This document shows, in pieces, positions 18,993 through 27,990 of a stretch of DNA of 55,270 nt (positions are counted from its first letter, which is position 1; every line of letters begins with the position of its first letter). Made by a program: the position numbers and the translations under genes. The notes under the pieces were generated by a model that saw nothing but the letters and a program-made list of their open reading frames with translations, was not told the DNA's origin and did no database searches. Source of the stretch: an uncultured Clostridia bacterium (lineage in GTDB: Bacteria > Bacillota > Clostridia > TANB77 > CAG-508). Location of the stretch: assembly GCA_947631145.1 (NCBI GenBank), contig CANRKF010000002.1:1-55270 (forward strand), in the 5' to 3' direction.

Positions 18993-19014
18993 AAACATTT
19001 TATGACCAAACTTA

Positions 19015-19043
19015 TTGAAAAGAAATAAGAAAAATGATATATT
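19015..19043 (+). promoter_or_regulatory. Extended -10 promoter for island unit B
   Basis: TTGAAA (19015-19020), 17 nt spacer, TGaTATATT (19035-19043). Confidence 0.45.
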
Positions 19044-19079
19044 TTATAAAACAATATTAGAAAAAAGGAAGTGTATTTA

Positions 19080-20291
19080 TTGCAAATAAAAATTAATAGA
19101 GGAACTAATCAAATAGGAGGTTGTATTACTGAAATTGCATCAAGTAAAGGTACAAAAATAATTATAGATATAGGTACCAATTTACCAGATTCAGAAGGTA
19201 GAAAAAAGCCAGAAATTGAACTAGAAGGCTTGACGAAAGGTTCCCATAATTATAAAGCAATATTTATTACTCATTATCATGGAGATCATATAGGATTATA
19301 TAATAAGGTATTGCCTGACATACCAATTTATATTGGAGAAATTTCAAAAGAAATTTATAATATAGTACAAACTAGGCTTAGTAAAGCAAATCTTGTGTCA
19401 AAAGAAAATCTAGAGAAAATATCTAAATTTAAAACTTTTAATATTAAGAATAAAATCATAATTGATGATATAAAAATAGCTCCTATAGCAGTTGACCATT
19501 CAGCTTTTGATAGTTATATGTTTTTAATAGAAACAGATGGAAAAAAGGTTTTACATACAGGAGATTTTAGAACACACGGACAAAGAGGTAAGGCAGTTTT
19601 AGAAGCTATAAAAAAATATGTTGGAAAAATAGATTGCTTAATTTGTGAAGGAACTACCTTAACCAGAGATAATAGTAAAATATTAACAGAATTCGAGTTA
19701 CAAAAAGATGCAGAGAAAATTTTTAGTGAGAATAAATATAATTTTGTATTGTGTAGCAGTACCAATATAGATAGGATAGCAGCTATTCACAAAGCAGCAT
19801 TAAAAAATCACAAAATGTTTATTTGTGATGACTATCAATGTGATCTTTTAGAATATATTAATACAATTTCAAGAAGTAACTTATATAAATTTAATGATAC
19901 TAATAACATTAAAGCCACCAAAGTCTATCGTTACGCACCAAATATGTTAGAAAAGATGAAGCAATATGGCTTCGTAATGTTAGTTAGGCCAAATGCAAAA
20001 TTTGCAAAATTTTTAGAAATGTTTGAAAATAATACTTTTATATATTCTGAATGGAAAGGATATTTAACAGGAACAAATGAAGATTATAAAAGAATTCAAG
20101 ATTTTGTTCCAAAAGATAATATATATTTACACACTAGTGGACATGCAACACCAGAAGCAATTAAAGAAGTTATTAATATTACTAATCCAAAATATGTAAT
20201 ACCTATACATACAGAAAATAAAGAAAAAATAAAAGAACTAACTGATAAAGCCGTTATATTAGAAGATGGAGAAGAATTTATTTTAAAATAA
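19080..20291 (+). CDS. RNase J-like beta-CASP metallo-beta-lactamase-fold nuclease, lacking the RNase J C-terminal domain
   Basis: HYHGDHIG (HxHxDH) and HTSGHATPEAIKEVINITNPKYVIPIHTE (beta-CASP motif C region as in RNase J). Listed GTG 19071 overlaps the AAGGAAG RBS; in-frame TTG 19080 preferred. Confidence 0.7.
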   Translation: MQIKINRGTNQIGGCITEIASSKGTKIIIDIGTNLPDSEGRKKPEIELEGLTKGSHNYKAIFITHYHGDHIGLYNKVLPDIPIYIGEISKEIYNIVQTRLSKANLVSKENLEKISKFKTFNIKNKIIIDDIKIAPIAVDHSAFDSYMFLIETDGKKVLHTGDFRTHGQRGKAVLEAIKKYVGKIDCLICEGTTLTRDNSKILTEFELQKDAEKIFSENKYNFVLCSSTNIDRIAAIHKAALKNHKMFICDDYQCDLLEYINTISRSNLYKFNDTNNIKATKVYRYAPNMLEKMKQYGFVMLVRPNAKFAKFLEMFENNTFIYSEWKGYLTGTNEDYKRIQDFVPKDNIYLHTSGHATPEAIKEVINITNPKYVIPIHTENKEKIKELTDKAVILEDGEEFILK

Positions 20292-20304
20292 GGAGGAAAT
20301 GAAT

Positions 20305-21318
20305 ATGGAAGAAAAGGAATATCAAAAAATTAGTGATATACCACATTCTCAAGATGTTGAAATAGAGGAGAATAAAGATACTGTAAAGATAGTAATAAAA
20401 AAACCTACCGAAAATATGCAAACAGATATGGCAAATTTTGAGGCTTTGGCTATTATGTATAAGTGCATAAAGCCTAGTATAAATGTTATTATAGAATATA
20501 CTAAATATGAAAAATGGGATGCTCGTTTTGGAGATTTATCTAAAGAAAGTAGTATTTATTCAAGATTTTTATATAGATTAATTAAATTTAAAGAAGCTTT
20601 TCCGAATTGGGTAAAAATATCTAATAATAATATAGCTGAAATTAACTTTTTTGAGCAATTATTAAATGAAGCATTTATCAATAAAAAACTTAGCAATAAT
20701 ATTCCTGAATCTAAAGCAGGATTTAGTCTAAAAAAAGGAGAAGAACATCAAATAGAAAACAAATTAGCTAGAACAGAAAAGGGAAATAATTATTTAAAAA
20801 GCCTATATCATACTTTATATCCAAATAGTGAATTATTATTTGCATATAATCAATTACCTAATGGATTATTCAATGTAGGGCATGACGAAAGAGCAATAGA
20901 ATCCAAACGTGTATTTACAACTGGAATGTATGACATATGGGGAATTGATACACTAGGAAATCTTTGTATATTTGAATTAAAAAGGGATCAAGGAAATAGC
21001 CATTTAGGAGTTATATCAGAATTATTTTTCTATGCTATATATGCTAATGAAATACTATGCAACAAAGATTTAATACATATAAAAAAGAACAGAAATCATA
21101 GAGGATATGAAAAATTATATGACTATGTTCAAAGTGGAAAAATAAATGGAATTAATGCTATATTTCTTTTAGGGCAAGATATATACCCTGCTATAAAAGA
21201 GAGGCAAAAAGAATTAAAAATGCTTTTAGATACGAATAAATTTGGAATTAATTTTGATTTTTTAATTTATGATATTAATGAAGTAGAAAAAATAAATTAT
21301 AATGAAATTGAAAATTAA
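20305..21318 (+). CDS. Hypothetical protein with a PD-(D/E)xK nuclease-like core
   Basis: EEHQIENKLA ... YDIWGIDTLGNLCIFELKRD (D-x9-ExK). AGGAGG 20291-20296 favours ATG 20305 over 20299. Confidence 0.55.
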   Translation: MEEKEYQKISDIPHSQDVEIEENKDTVKIVIKKPTENMQTDMANFEALAIMYKCIKPSINVIIEYTKYEKWDARFGDLSKESSIYSRFLYRLIKFKEAFPNWVKISNNNIAEINFFEQLLNEAFINKKLSNNIPESKAGFSLKKGEEHQIENKLARTEKGNNYLKSLYHTLYPNSELLFAYNQLPNGLFNVGHDERAIESKRVFTTGMYDIWGIDTLGNLCIFELKRDQGNSHLGVISELFFYAIYANEILCNKDLIHIKKNRNHRGYEKLYDYVQSGKINGINAIFLLGQDIYPAIKERQKELKMLLDTNKFGINFDFLIYDINEVEKINYNEIEN

Positions 21319-21352
21319 ATTTCTTATTACAATTATTAACAAGGAGAAAATA

Positions 21353-21871
21353 ATGAAAAAAACAATAACTTATGAACAAATCGAGCAACGATTAAAAAAT
21401 AAACCTCAAGAACAATGGACAAAAGATGATGTATTTGATAGATATGTTGGGTACGGAAGTCCAGAAGAAATAGAAAATACAGAAGTGCAAAAGCTTTTTA
21501 TAAAGCATGATTTATATGATGAACTAATTAATTTAGTAAATAATGTTATTATAGATAAAGAAGTTGTAGAAAAGATACTTAACAGCAATATATTTGAAAA
21601 AAAAGAATTAAAAAAAGTAAGAGGAAAAATAAAAGATATAAAATTTTTTGAAATAGAAGATGATAAAATTGATGAATTAAAACAGATTTCAATTATATTT
21701 GAGGAAGAAAATAATGCAGAGCAATTATTAATAAAAGATTTTTGCCTTACATCAGAAATTGATAAGTATTTACAAGATAAAAATAAGTATAAAAATAAAA
21801 TGATAATTACTATAATAGAGAAAGATAAAAATGAATTAATCTTAAAATGCTTTTGTAATTTAATAGATTAA
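21353..21871 (+). CDS. Hypothetical protein (172 aa)
   Basis: AAGGAG RBS before ATG 21353. The listed start 21302 overlaps the upstream gene. Confidence 0.55.
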   Translation: MKKTITYEQIEQRLKNKPQEQWTKDDVFDRYVGYGSPEEIENTEVQKLFIKHDLYDELINLVNNVIIDKEVVEKILNSNIFEKKELKKVRGKIKDIKFFEIEDDKIDELKQISIIFEEENNAEQLLIKDFCLTSEIDKYLQDKNKYKNKMIITIIEKDKNELILKCFCNLID

Positions 21872-21977
21872 AAGGGAGCTTGAGTATGAAAAATAAAAAT
21901 GAAATAGAAGAAATTTTTGAAAAGAAGTAATATAAATTATAGGAATAGAAATTAAATAAAAAGAAGAGAGGCTTACA

Positions 21978-23462
21978 ATGAATAAAGTTAATCTATCAAA
22001 ATCGAAATATTGTAAAGCAAAACAATGTAATAAAATTTTGTGGCTAGACAAAAATAAACCAGAAGAAGCAATAGATATAGGAAATGAATCAATTTTAGAA
22101 AATGGAACAAGGGTAGGAGAATTAGCAAGAAGTTATTTTGGAAAATACACAAATATAGAATTTAATACAGATTTATCTAAAATGATTTCTGATACAGAAA
22201 AAGAACTAAAAAATGTTTCAAATATAATAACAGAAGCATCATTCAATTTCAATAATAATTTCTGTAGTGTTGATATATTAAAAAATGACATTGATGGAAT
22301 AGAAATATACGAAGTAAAAAGTTCTACAAGTATTCATGATATATATTTAGAAGATGTTTCATATCAATATTATGTGCTGCATAACTTAGGTTTTAATATA
22401 AAAAGAGTAAATATAATGTATATCAATAGCGAATATGTAAGGAACGGCGAATTAGAATTAGATAAACTTTTTAATATTAAAGATGTTACTGAAATAGCTA
22501 TTTCAAAGCAAAATGAAATACAGGAAAAAATAGAAGAAATAAATGAATATATGCAAAAATATGACAATAAAGAAAATGAACCAGAAAAAAAGGTTGGTAT
22601 GAATTGTTTTGACCCTTATGAATGTGCATACTGGAATTATTGTACTAAAGAATTACCAGAAAATAATATTTTTAAAATTAGATTAATGCATAAAGATAAA
22701 AAGTTTAAATTATACAATGAAGGTAAAATTAGTTTTGAAGATGTATTATATGAAGATATAAATGAAAAATATTTAGAACAAATAGACTTTGAACTAAATG
22801 AAAAGGAAACAAAAATTGAAAAAGAAAAGATACGAGATTTTTTAGACACTCTTTCATATCCATTGTACTTCTTGGATTTTGAAACTTTTCAGCAAGCAAT
22901 TCCCGAATATGATGGTGTAAGTCCTTATATTCAAATACCTTTTCAATACTCACTACATTATATTGAAAAAGAAGGTGGAAAACTAAAACATAAAGAATTT
23001 CTTGCTGAAGCTGGATTAGATCCTAGAAGAACTTTGGCAGAAAGATTAGTCCAAGATATTCCAAAAAATGTATGTGTTACTGCTTACAATATGAGTTTTG
23101 AGAAAAGTGTAATAAAGAAATTAGCTGAAACTTATCCAGATTTAAGTGAACATCTATTAAATATAAGAGAAAACATAAAAGATTTAATGATTCCATTTAA
23201 AGAAAGGTATTATTATTGCAAAGCAATGCAAGGCTCATATTCAATAAAATATGTATTACCTGCATTATTTCCAAATGACCCAGAACTTGATTATCATAAT
23301 TTGCCAGTGGTACATAATGGTGGAGAAGCAAGTTTTGCTTATAGTGATTTGGTAAATCATACAAAAGAGGAACAGGAAAAAATAAGAAATGGATTATTAG
23401 TTTATTGTGGCTTAGATACTTTAGCAATGGTTAAAGTATGGGAGAAATTAAAAGAAGTTTAG
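21978..23462 (+). CDS. DUF2779-type protein: Cas4/RecB-like PD-(D/E)xK nuclease with Cys cluster, plus a C-terminal DEDDy-like exonuclease
   Basis: N-terminus LSKSKYCKAKQCNKILWL. DGIEIYEVKS (D..ExK). C-x6-C-x5-C (CFDPYECAYWNYC). FLDFETF, YNMSFEKS and YCGLDTLA resemble Exo I/II/III motifs. Confidence 0.75.
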   Translation: MNKVNLSKSKYCKAKQCNKILWLDKNKPEEAIDIGNESILENGTRVGELARSYFGKYTNIEFNTDLSKMISDTEKELKNVSNIITEASFNFNNNFCSVDILKNDIDGIEIYEVKSSTSIHDIYLEDVSYQYYVLHNLGFNIKRVNIMYINSEYVRNGELELDKLFNIKDVTEIAISKQNEIQEKIEEINEYMQKYDNKENEPEKKVGMNCFDPYECAYWNYCTKELPENNIFKIRLMHKDKKFKLYNEGKISFEDVLYEDINEKYLEQIDFELNEKETKIEKEKIRDFLDTLSYPLYFLDFETFQQAIPEYDGVSPYIQIPFQYSLHYIEKEGGKLKHKEFLAEAGLDPRRTLAERLVQDIPKNVCVTAYNMSFEKSVIKKLAETYPDLSEHLLNIRENIKDLMIPFKERYYYCKAMQGSYSIKYVLPALFPNDPELDYHNLPVVHNGGEASFAYSDLVNHTKEEQEKIRNGLLVYCGLDTLAMVKVWEKLKEV

Positions 23463-23488
23463 AAAAATAAAAGTAGGGAGAAATAAAA

Positions 23489-24481
23489 ATGGAACTATAC
23501 GAAAAAAATGGAAATATATTATACATATTAAATGTATTAAAAAAATATAGTGATGAAGAACATAAGTTATCTATATCAGAACTAAAAGAAAAAATAAATG
23601 AAATATATGATGAAGATATAGATCCAAGAACTATAAGAAGAAATATCAATTTACTTAAAGAAAAATTTGGCTATGATATAAGTACATATAATGACAATAA
23701 AATTGGATATTATATTAGCAATGATCCAGAAACAGATTTTGAACCGGGAGAAATCAGAGCAATTATAGACACTTTTAGTTATTCAACATTTATAGAAGAT
23801 AGGATAGCAAAAGGAATAATAAAAAAGTGTAAAAATCTTCAAAACATATATGAAAATGAAAAAGTAAAAAATTATAAAGTATATTCTCAAAAAGGTAAAA
23901 CTAGCAATGTTGAAGTAATAAAAAATATAGAAGACATTTCAAATAGTATTACCAATAAACATAAAGTTAAATTTGAATATTGGAAATATTATATAAATGG
24001 AGATAAAATAGAAAAGAAAATAGTAAGTGAACCTATTGTTTCTCCTTATGCAATTTTATATGATAATCAACAGTTTTATATGCTTGGAATAAAAGATGGC
24101 AATGATAAATTTTTTCATTATAGATTAGATAGAATAAGAAATTTACAAGAAACAAATGAAAAAATAACTATAAAGAAAACAGAAAAGGAAATAGAAGAAT
24201 ATACAGATGCGTCAGTTGAAATATTTAGTGGTGATAAAATAAAAATAGAGGCTAAATGCAATGAAGTGCTACTAGGAGAAGTTATAGAAAAGTTTGGAAA
24301 AAACGTAAAAATAAGTCCAATAAATAATAAAGAATTTAAAATGAGTTTGCATGCAAATCCACAAGGCTTCAAACTATGGGCAATGAGAAATTTAGATGTA
24401 GTAACAGTAACCAGTCCTCAAAGTTTTATAAATGAAATACAATTATTGTTAGAAGATGCTGTAAAAAGATATAAAAAATAA
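23489..24481 (+). CDS. WYL-domain transcriptional regulator (N-terminal wHTH plus WYL)
   Basis: ILYILNVLKKYSDEEHKLSISELKEKI (HTH), and PYAILYDNQQFYMLG...FFHYRLDRIRNL (WYL core). Confidence 0.85.
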   Translation: MELYEKNGNILYILNVLKKYSDEEHKLSISELKEKINEIYDEDIDPRTIRRNINLLKEKFGYDISTYNDNKIGYYISNDPETDFEPGEIRAIIDTFSYSTFIEDRIAKGIIKKCKNLQNIYENEKVKNYKVYSQKGKTSNVEVIKNIEDISNSITNKHKVKFEYWKYYINGDKIEKKIVSEPIVSPYAILYDNQQFYMLGIKDGNDKFFHYRLDRIRNLQETNEKITIKKTEKEIEEYTDASVEIFSGDKIKIEAKCNEVLLGEVIEKFGKNVKISPINNKEFKMSLHANPQGFKLWAMRNLDVVTVTSPQSFINEIQLLLEDAVKRYKK

Positions 24482-24516
24482 AGAGACATAGAAATGTTTT
24501 TCTGTGCCTCTTTTTG
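24482..24516 (+). terminator. Rho-independent terminator ending island unit B
   Basis: AGAGACATAGAAA tgtt TTTCTGTGCCTCT TTTT: 13-bp stem with one mismatch and one G-U pair. Confidence 0.7.
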
Positions 24517-24527
24517 TTATCTAACTC

Positions 24528-24598
24528 CCTTGCTCGGCTAAGTGTTTTATAAATTTAGATAATACCTTGCTTGACCAAGAACATTGCAGTTTTAAAAT
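24528..24598 (+). promoter_or_regulatory. Two 15-bp GC-richer direct repeats; the second overlaps the -35 of a putative promoter for island unit C
   Basis: CCTTGCTCGGCTAAG (24528-24542) and CCTTGCTTGACCAAG (24565-24579). TTGACC 24571-24576, 16 nt spacer, TAAAAT 24593-24598. Confidence 0.45.
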
Positions 24599-24640
24599 AA
24601 TTTTTATATAATTTTATTATAAAAAAAGGGGGAATATTTA

Positions 24641-25474
24641 ATGAAAATCTATTTTTTACAGGTAATGTGCCATTTCAATAAAGAAAATCATTATCATTAT
24701 GAAAATGTATATTCAAAAAAACATTTAGCAATTCAACAAGGACGTATAATGTTAGAAAAAATGTTTAGAGAAGAATATGAAAGTATGTTTGAACAAAATG
24801 AAGCTCCTAAAATAAGTCGTAAAAAATTGTTTGAATTAGATGCACTTTATGATTTTAAGATAACTGAATATAATCCAGAATATGTAGATAATTTAAATGA
24901 TTTAAATAAATTACCAATCATAGAAAAATATGATATATATGATTTATATTGTGCTGATTTAAAACCTGCAAAAATACAGTATTTTTATGATTATAACGGA
25001 AAAGAAAATTATATATCTGGTGTATACATTTTCAATTATAAAGGAAAAAGAAAAGAAAAAACTATAATGGTGCCTTATGAAGATTATAAAGATCCCTTGG
25101 CAGGCACTAAATTCAAAAAAGGTGATATAGTTAAAATAAAGGATACTAACTATCCTTTTTCTGAGATGCTTCATGTTGTAACAGAAGTACCACACAAAAA
25201 GGAAAATCAAAAATTTTTTAATAATTATTATAAGGTAATTACTAATCATAATAGTTTTGATGAAGGATGTTATGCTGATGCTTTTGATGAAAGAGATTTA
25301 GAACTATACACAGGAAAGCTACCAAAAGATTCTCCAATTATATTTTTAAGTAAATATTTTAAAGGAGAAATAAAATTAAAAAATATAAGCTGGATGGATA
25401 TAGAATGTGGTAATATAACTTTAAATGAGAATAAAAGTTTTAGAGACATTCCTGAAATAATGAAACAATTATAA
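24641..25474 (+). CDS. Hypothetical protein; its C-terminal half shows motif-level similarity to the C-termini of the next two gene products
   Basis: 277 aa with AGGGGGA RBS. Shared motifs: F(K/N)KGDI(V/L), D..D(L/F)E(L/Y)Y.G, (I/F)L(K/S)..S.(Y/F)(L/F)KG(E/K)(I/L). Confidence 0.6.
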   Translation: MKIYFLQVMCHFNKENHYHYENVYSKKHLAIQQGRIMLEKMFREEYESMFEQNEAPKISRKKLFELDALYDFKITEYNPEYVDNLNDLNKLPIIEKYDIYDLYCADLKPAKIQYFYDYNGKENYISGVYIFNYKGKRKEKTIMVPYEDYKDPLAGTKFKKGDIVKIKDTNYPFSEMLHVVTEVPHKKENQKFFNNYYKVITNHNSFDEGCYADAFDERDLELYTGKLPKDSPIIFLSKYFKGEIKLKNISWMDIECGNITLNENKSFRDIPEIMKQL

Positions 25475-25491
25475 ATAGAAGGAGGTAAACT

Positions 25492-27876
25492 ATGAAAACC
25501 GGTTCAAAATATATAAAAGAAAAATGTTATAGCAAGGCTAAAAAAATATATGGAGAAAATTTACCTCATGATGTAGAAGAAAGATTAAAACTTGAACTTG
25601 ATTCTATAATAAAGAATAATTTTGAAATAAAATATTTAGTAACATCAGAAGTAGCAAAAAGATCAAAAGAAATGGGATATTTATCATATACAAGAGGTAG
25701 TGTAGGAAATTCTTTTGTAGCATTTTTACTAGAAATTACAGACTTTAATCCTATAAAATATAATCTACCTTTTGAGATGTTTGCAGGAATAAAATATGAT
25801 AAGGAACCTGACATAGAAATATATATTTCAGAAGAAATAATAGATAAAATACTTGAAGAAATAAAAGATGAAGAAAAAGATGAAGAAAAAGATGAAGAAA
25901 AAGATAAAGAAAAAGATGAAGAAAAAGATGAAAAAATAAAAGATATAGAAATAAAAGATGTAAAAGGAGAAATTAAAATTCATAAATCAAATTTACCTAC
26001 ATTTTTGAAAAAATTACAAGATGAAACACAAATTAACCCACAAGATATTGATTTAGCTGACAAAGATACTTTAAAATTATTTGCAGAAGCAGATACCAGA
26101 GGAATATTTGATTTTACATCGGATTTTATGATCAATATGCTAAAACAAGCAAAAGTCAGAAATTTTAATGATTTAGTTTGTGTATCAGCTTTAAGTCATG
26201 GAACTGGAACATGGACTAATAACGCAGAATATATGATTAAAAAATTTGACATATCTATAGATATGCTAGTTTCTAACAGAGCAGATGTTATGAACTATTT
26301 AATGGAAAAAAATATTGATAAAGAAAAAGCTTATGAAATAACTGAATTTATTAAAAAAGGAAGAGCCTATATGGCAAATGATATATTTAGCTATAGTGTT
26401 TTACAAGAAGAATCTCAAACAAAGTGGGAAGAATATAAAAAAATATTAGAAGACCACAATGTTCCACAATACTTCATAGAATCTTGTGAGCAAATAAAGT
26501 ATTTATTTCCAAAAGCTCATTCTATAGTTGCAGTAGAAAATTCTTTTAGAATTGCTTGGTATAAAGTACATTATCCAGAAGCATTTTATAAAACATATTT
26601 TGAAACAAATAAAACAATAAATATTAATTGCTATGCTACACAAAAAGAAGTAGAAAGAAAATTAAAAAGACTTTATGATGAACAATTAGGAATTTGGAAA
26701 AAGGGATATACAGAAGAAAAAAAGCTAAAAGACCAAATCTGTGAATTTGAAGTATTGCTTGAAATGTTTAATAGAGGAATAAAAAAAGACACAAAAAGAA
26801 AAGAAGATATTTATGATCTAATAAATTCAAAAGCAATAGGAGATTATTGTAGAGAAATAGGATATAAATTCAATACTGAGGAACTTGCTGTTTTAGTGTA
26901 TAGAAACAAAAAAATGGATATATTTGAAAAAATTTCTAAATATCAAGATTTGATAGATAATTATCCAGATATGGAAGTGGTAGAAAGGTTTAATTGTGAA
27001 CATTATGACAGTGTAAAAGAAATGATAAAAAATGAAATAAATAGAATTACAAAATTATATCAAGATTTCATAGATGAAGATGATTGTATATATGGATGGA
27101 GCGATTGGAAGAAAAACGGTTATTCTAATTATGAAATTGATAATGCAAAGAGAACATACAAAGAAATAGAAAATGAAATAAAGAATTTAATAAATGAGTA
27201 TAATGACCTTGATTATTTTAGTATTACAAAAAAATATTTTGATGGACCAGAAGTCATTTTTAGAGATAAAGAGAAAAAGATAGTTGTAAATTGTAAAGTT
27301 ATAAAAAAGCTTCCTAAGATTATAGAAATAATGGAAATTGGCGAAGCAATGTCAGATTTAGAAGGAATTTTTGTAAATATACCTGTTCCATTTAAGAAAG
27401 GTGATATTTTAATTAGTGGTAATAATACTCCTTATAATAATTTAGTAAATGATGAAAAAGACTGCATATTTGTTTTAGATAGCTTAACTATTTGGAATAA
27501 AAGAATAAATGATGAAGATTTTATCAGAAATTTGGACATGACTGATATGATGGGAAATGGATATTATTTAGTTGATGGTAGCGAAAACTTTGTTTTAGAT
27601 CATATTTTTGATTATGATTCTTTCGAGTATTTTGAAGAAGAGTTAGAAGGAACAAATCGCATTTTAAAGTTAATAAGTAGCTTTTTAAAAGGAAAACTTA
27701 ATAACTTAGAATTATTTATAAAAGCATATGAATCATTTAAATCAGATTATGAAGGAAAAATGCCAGACATTTTTATAGATGAAGATTTAAAATTGGCAGG
27801 TTTTAGTGATTTGGAAGTTTCAAAAATAAAAAGACAGCATGAAAAAATATATGCGAGCGATGAAAAAAAGATATAA
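25492..27876 (+). CDS. Degenerate PolC (DNA polymerase III alpha, Gram-positive type) fragment fused to a ~355-aa domain of unknown function
   Basis: IYGENLP..VEERLKLELDSII, GYLSYTRGSVGNSFVAFLLEITDFNP, LPFEMFAGIKYDKEPDIEI, SALSHGTGTW and IKYLFPKAHS track PolC palm/fingers motifs. The zinc-finger insert and the core between PDID and LDILGHDD are missing, replaced by a (KDEE)n tract. Residues ~438-794 are paralogous to ORF 27988. Confidence 0.7.
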   Translation: MKTGSKYIKEKCYSKAKKIYGENLPHDVEERLKLELDSIIKNNFEIKYLVTSEVAKRSKEMGYLSYTRGSVGNSFVAFLLEITDFNPIKYNLPFEMFAGIKYDKEPDIEIYISEEIIDKILEEIKDEEKDEEKDEEKDKEKDEEKDEKIKDIEIKDVKGEIKIHKSNLPTFLKKLQDETQINPQDIDLADKDTLKLFAEADTRGIFDFTSDFMINMLKQAKVRNFNDLVCVSALSHGTGTWTNNAEYMIKKFDISIDMLVSNRADVMNYLMEKNIDKEKAYEITEFIKKGRAYMANDIFSYSVLQEESQTKWEEYKKILEDHNVPQYFIESCEQIKYLFPKAHSIVAVENSFRIAWYKVHYPEAFYKTYFETNKTININCYATQKEVERKLKRLYDEQLGIWKKGYTEEKKLKDQICEFEVLLEMFNRGIKKDTKRKEDIYDLINSKAIGDYCREIGYKFNTEELAVLVYRNKKMDIFEKISKYQDLIDNYPDMEVVERFNCEHYDSVKEMIKNEINRITKLYQDFIDEDDCIYGWSDWKKNGYSNYEIDNAKRTYKEIENEIKNLINEYNDLDYFSITKKYFDGPEVIFRDKEKKIVVNCKVIKKLPKIIEIMEIGEAMSDLEGIFVNIPVPFKKGDILISGNNTPYNNLVNDEKDCIFVLDSLTIWNKRINDEDFIRNLDMTDMMGNGYYLVDGSENFVLDHIFDYDSFEYFEEELEGTNRILKLISSFLKGKLNNLELFIKAYESFKSDYEGKMPDIFIDEDLKLAGFSDLEVSKIKRQHEKIYASDEKKI
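25864..25935 (+). repeat. In-frame 12-bp tandem repeat x6 encoding (KDEE)n
   Basis: aaagatgaagaa x3, aaagataaagaa, aaagatgaagaa, aaagatgaaaaa. Confidence 0.9.
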
Positions 27877-27906
27877 TACAAACATACTAAAAGGAATTTT
27901 TGACTA

Positions 27907-27990
27907 TGGTTAAAGTATGTAAGAAATTAAAAGTATGGAAAAAATTGAAAGAAGTTTAAAAAAATAAAAGTAAGGAAAAATAAAAATATG
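27907..27990 (+). repeat. Duplicate of the DUF2779 3' end, spacer and WYL RBS (23427-23491), placed in front of ORF 27988
   Basis: atggttaaagtatg(gg/ta)agaaattaaaag...aagttta(g/a)aaaaataaaagta(g/a)gga(g/a)aaataaaaat. The copy at 27907 also has an internal ~19-bp duplication. Confidence 0.8.

Noticed and set aside
21885-21929. 14-codon mini-ORF (MKNKNEIEEIFEKK) with an AAGGGAG RBS in the spacer before the DUF2779 gene.
   Set aside because: It is too short to support without conservation or ribosome profiling data. It could be a leader peptide or chance.
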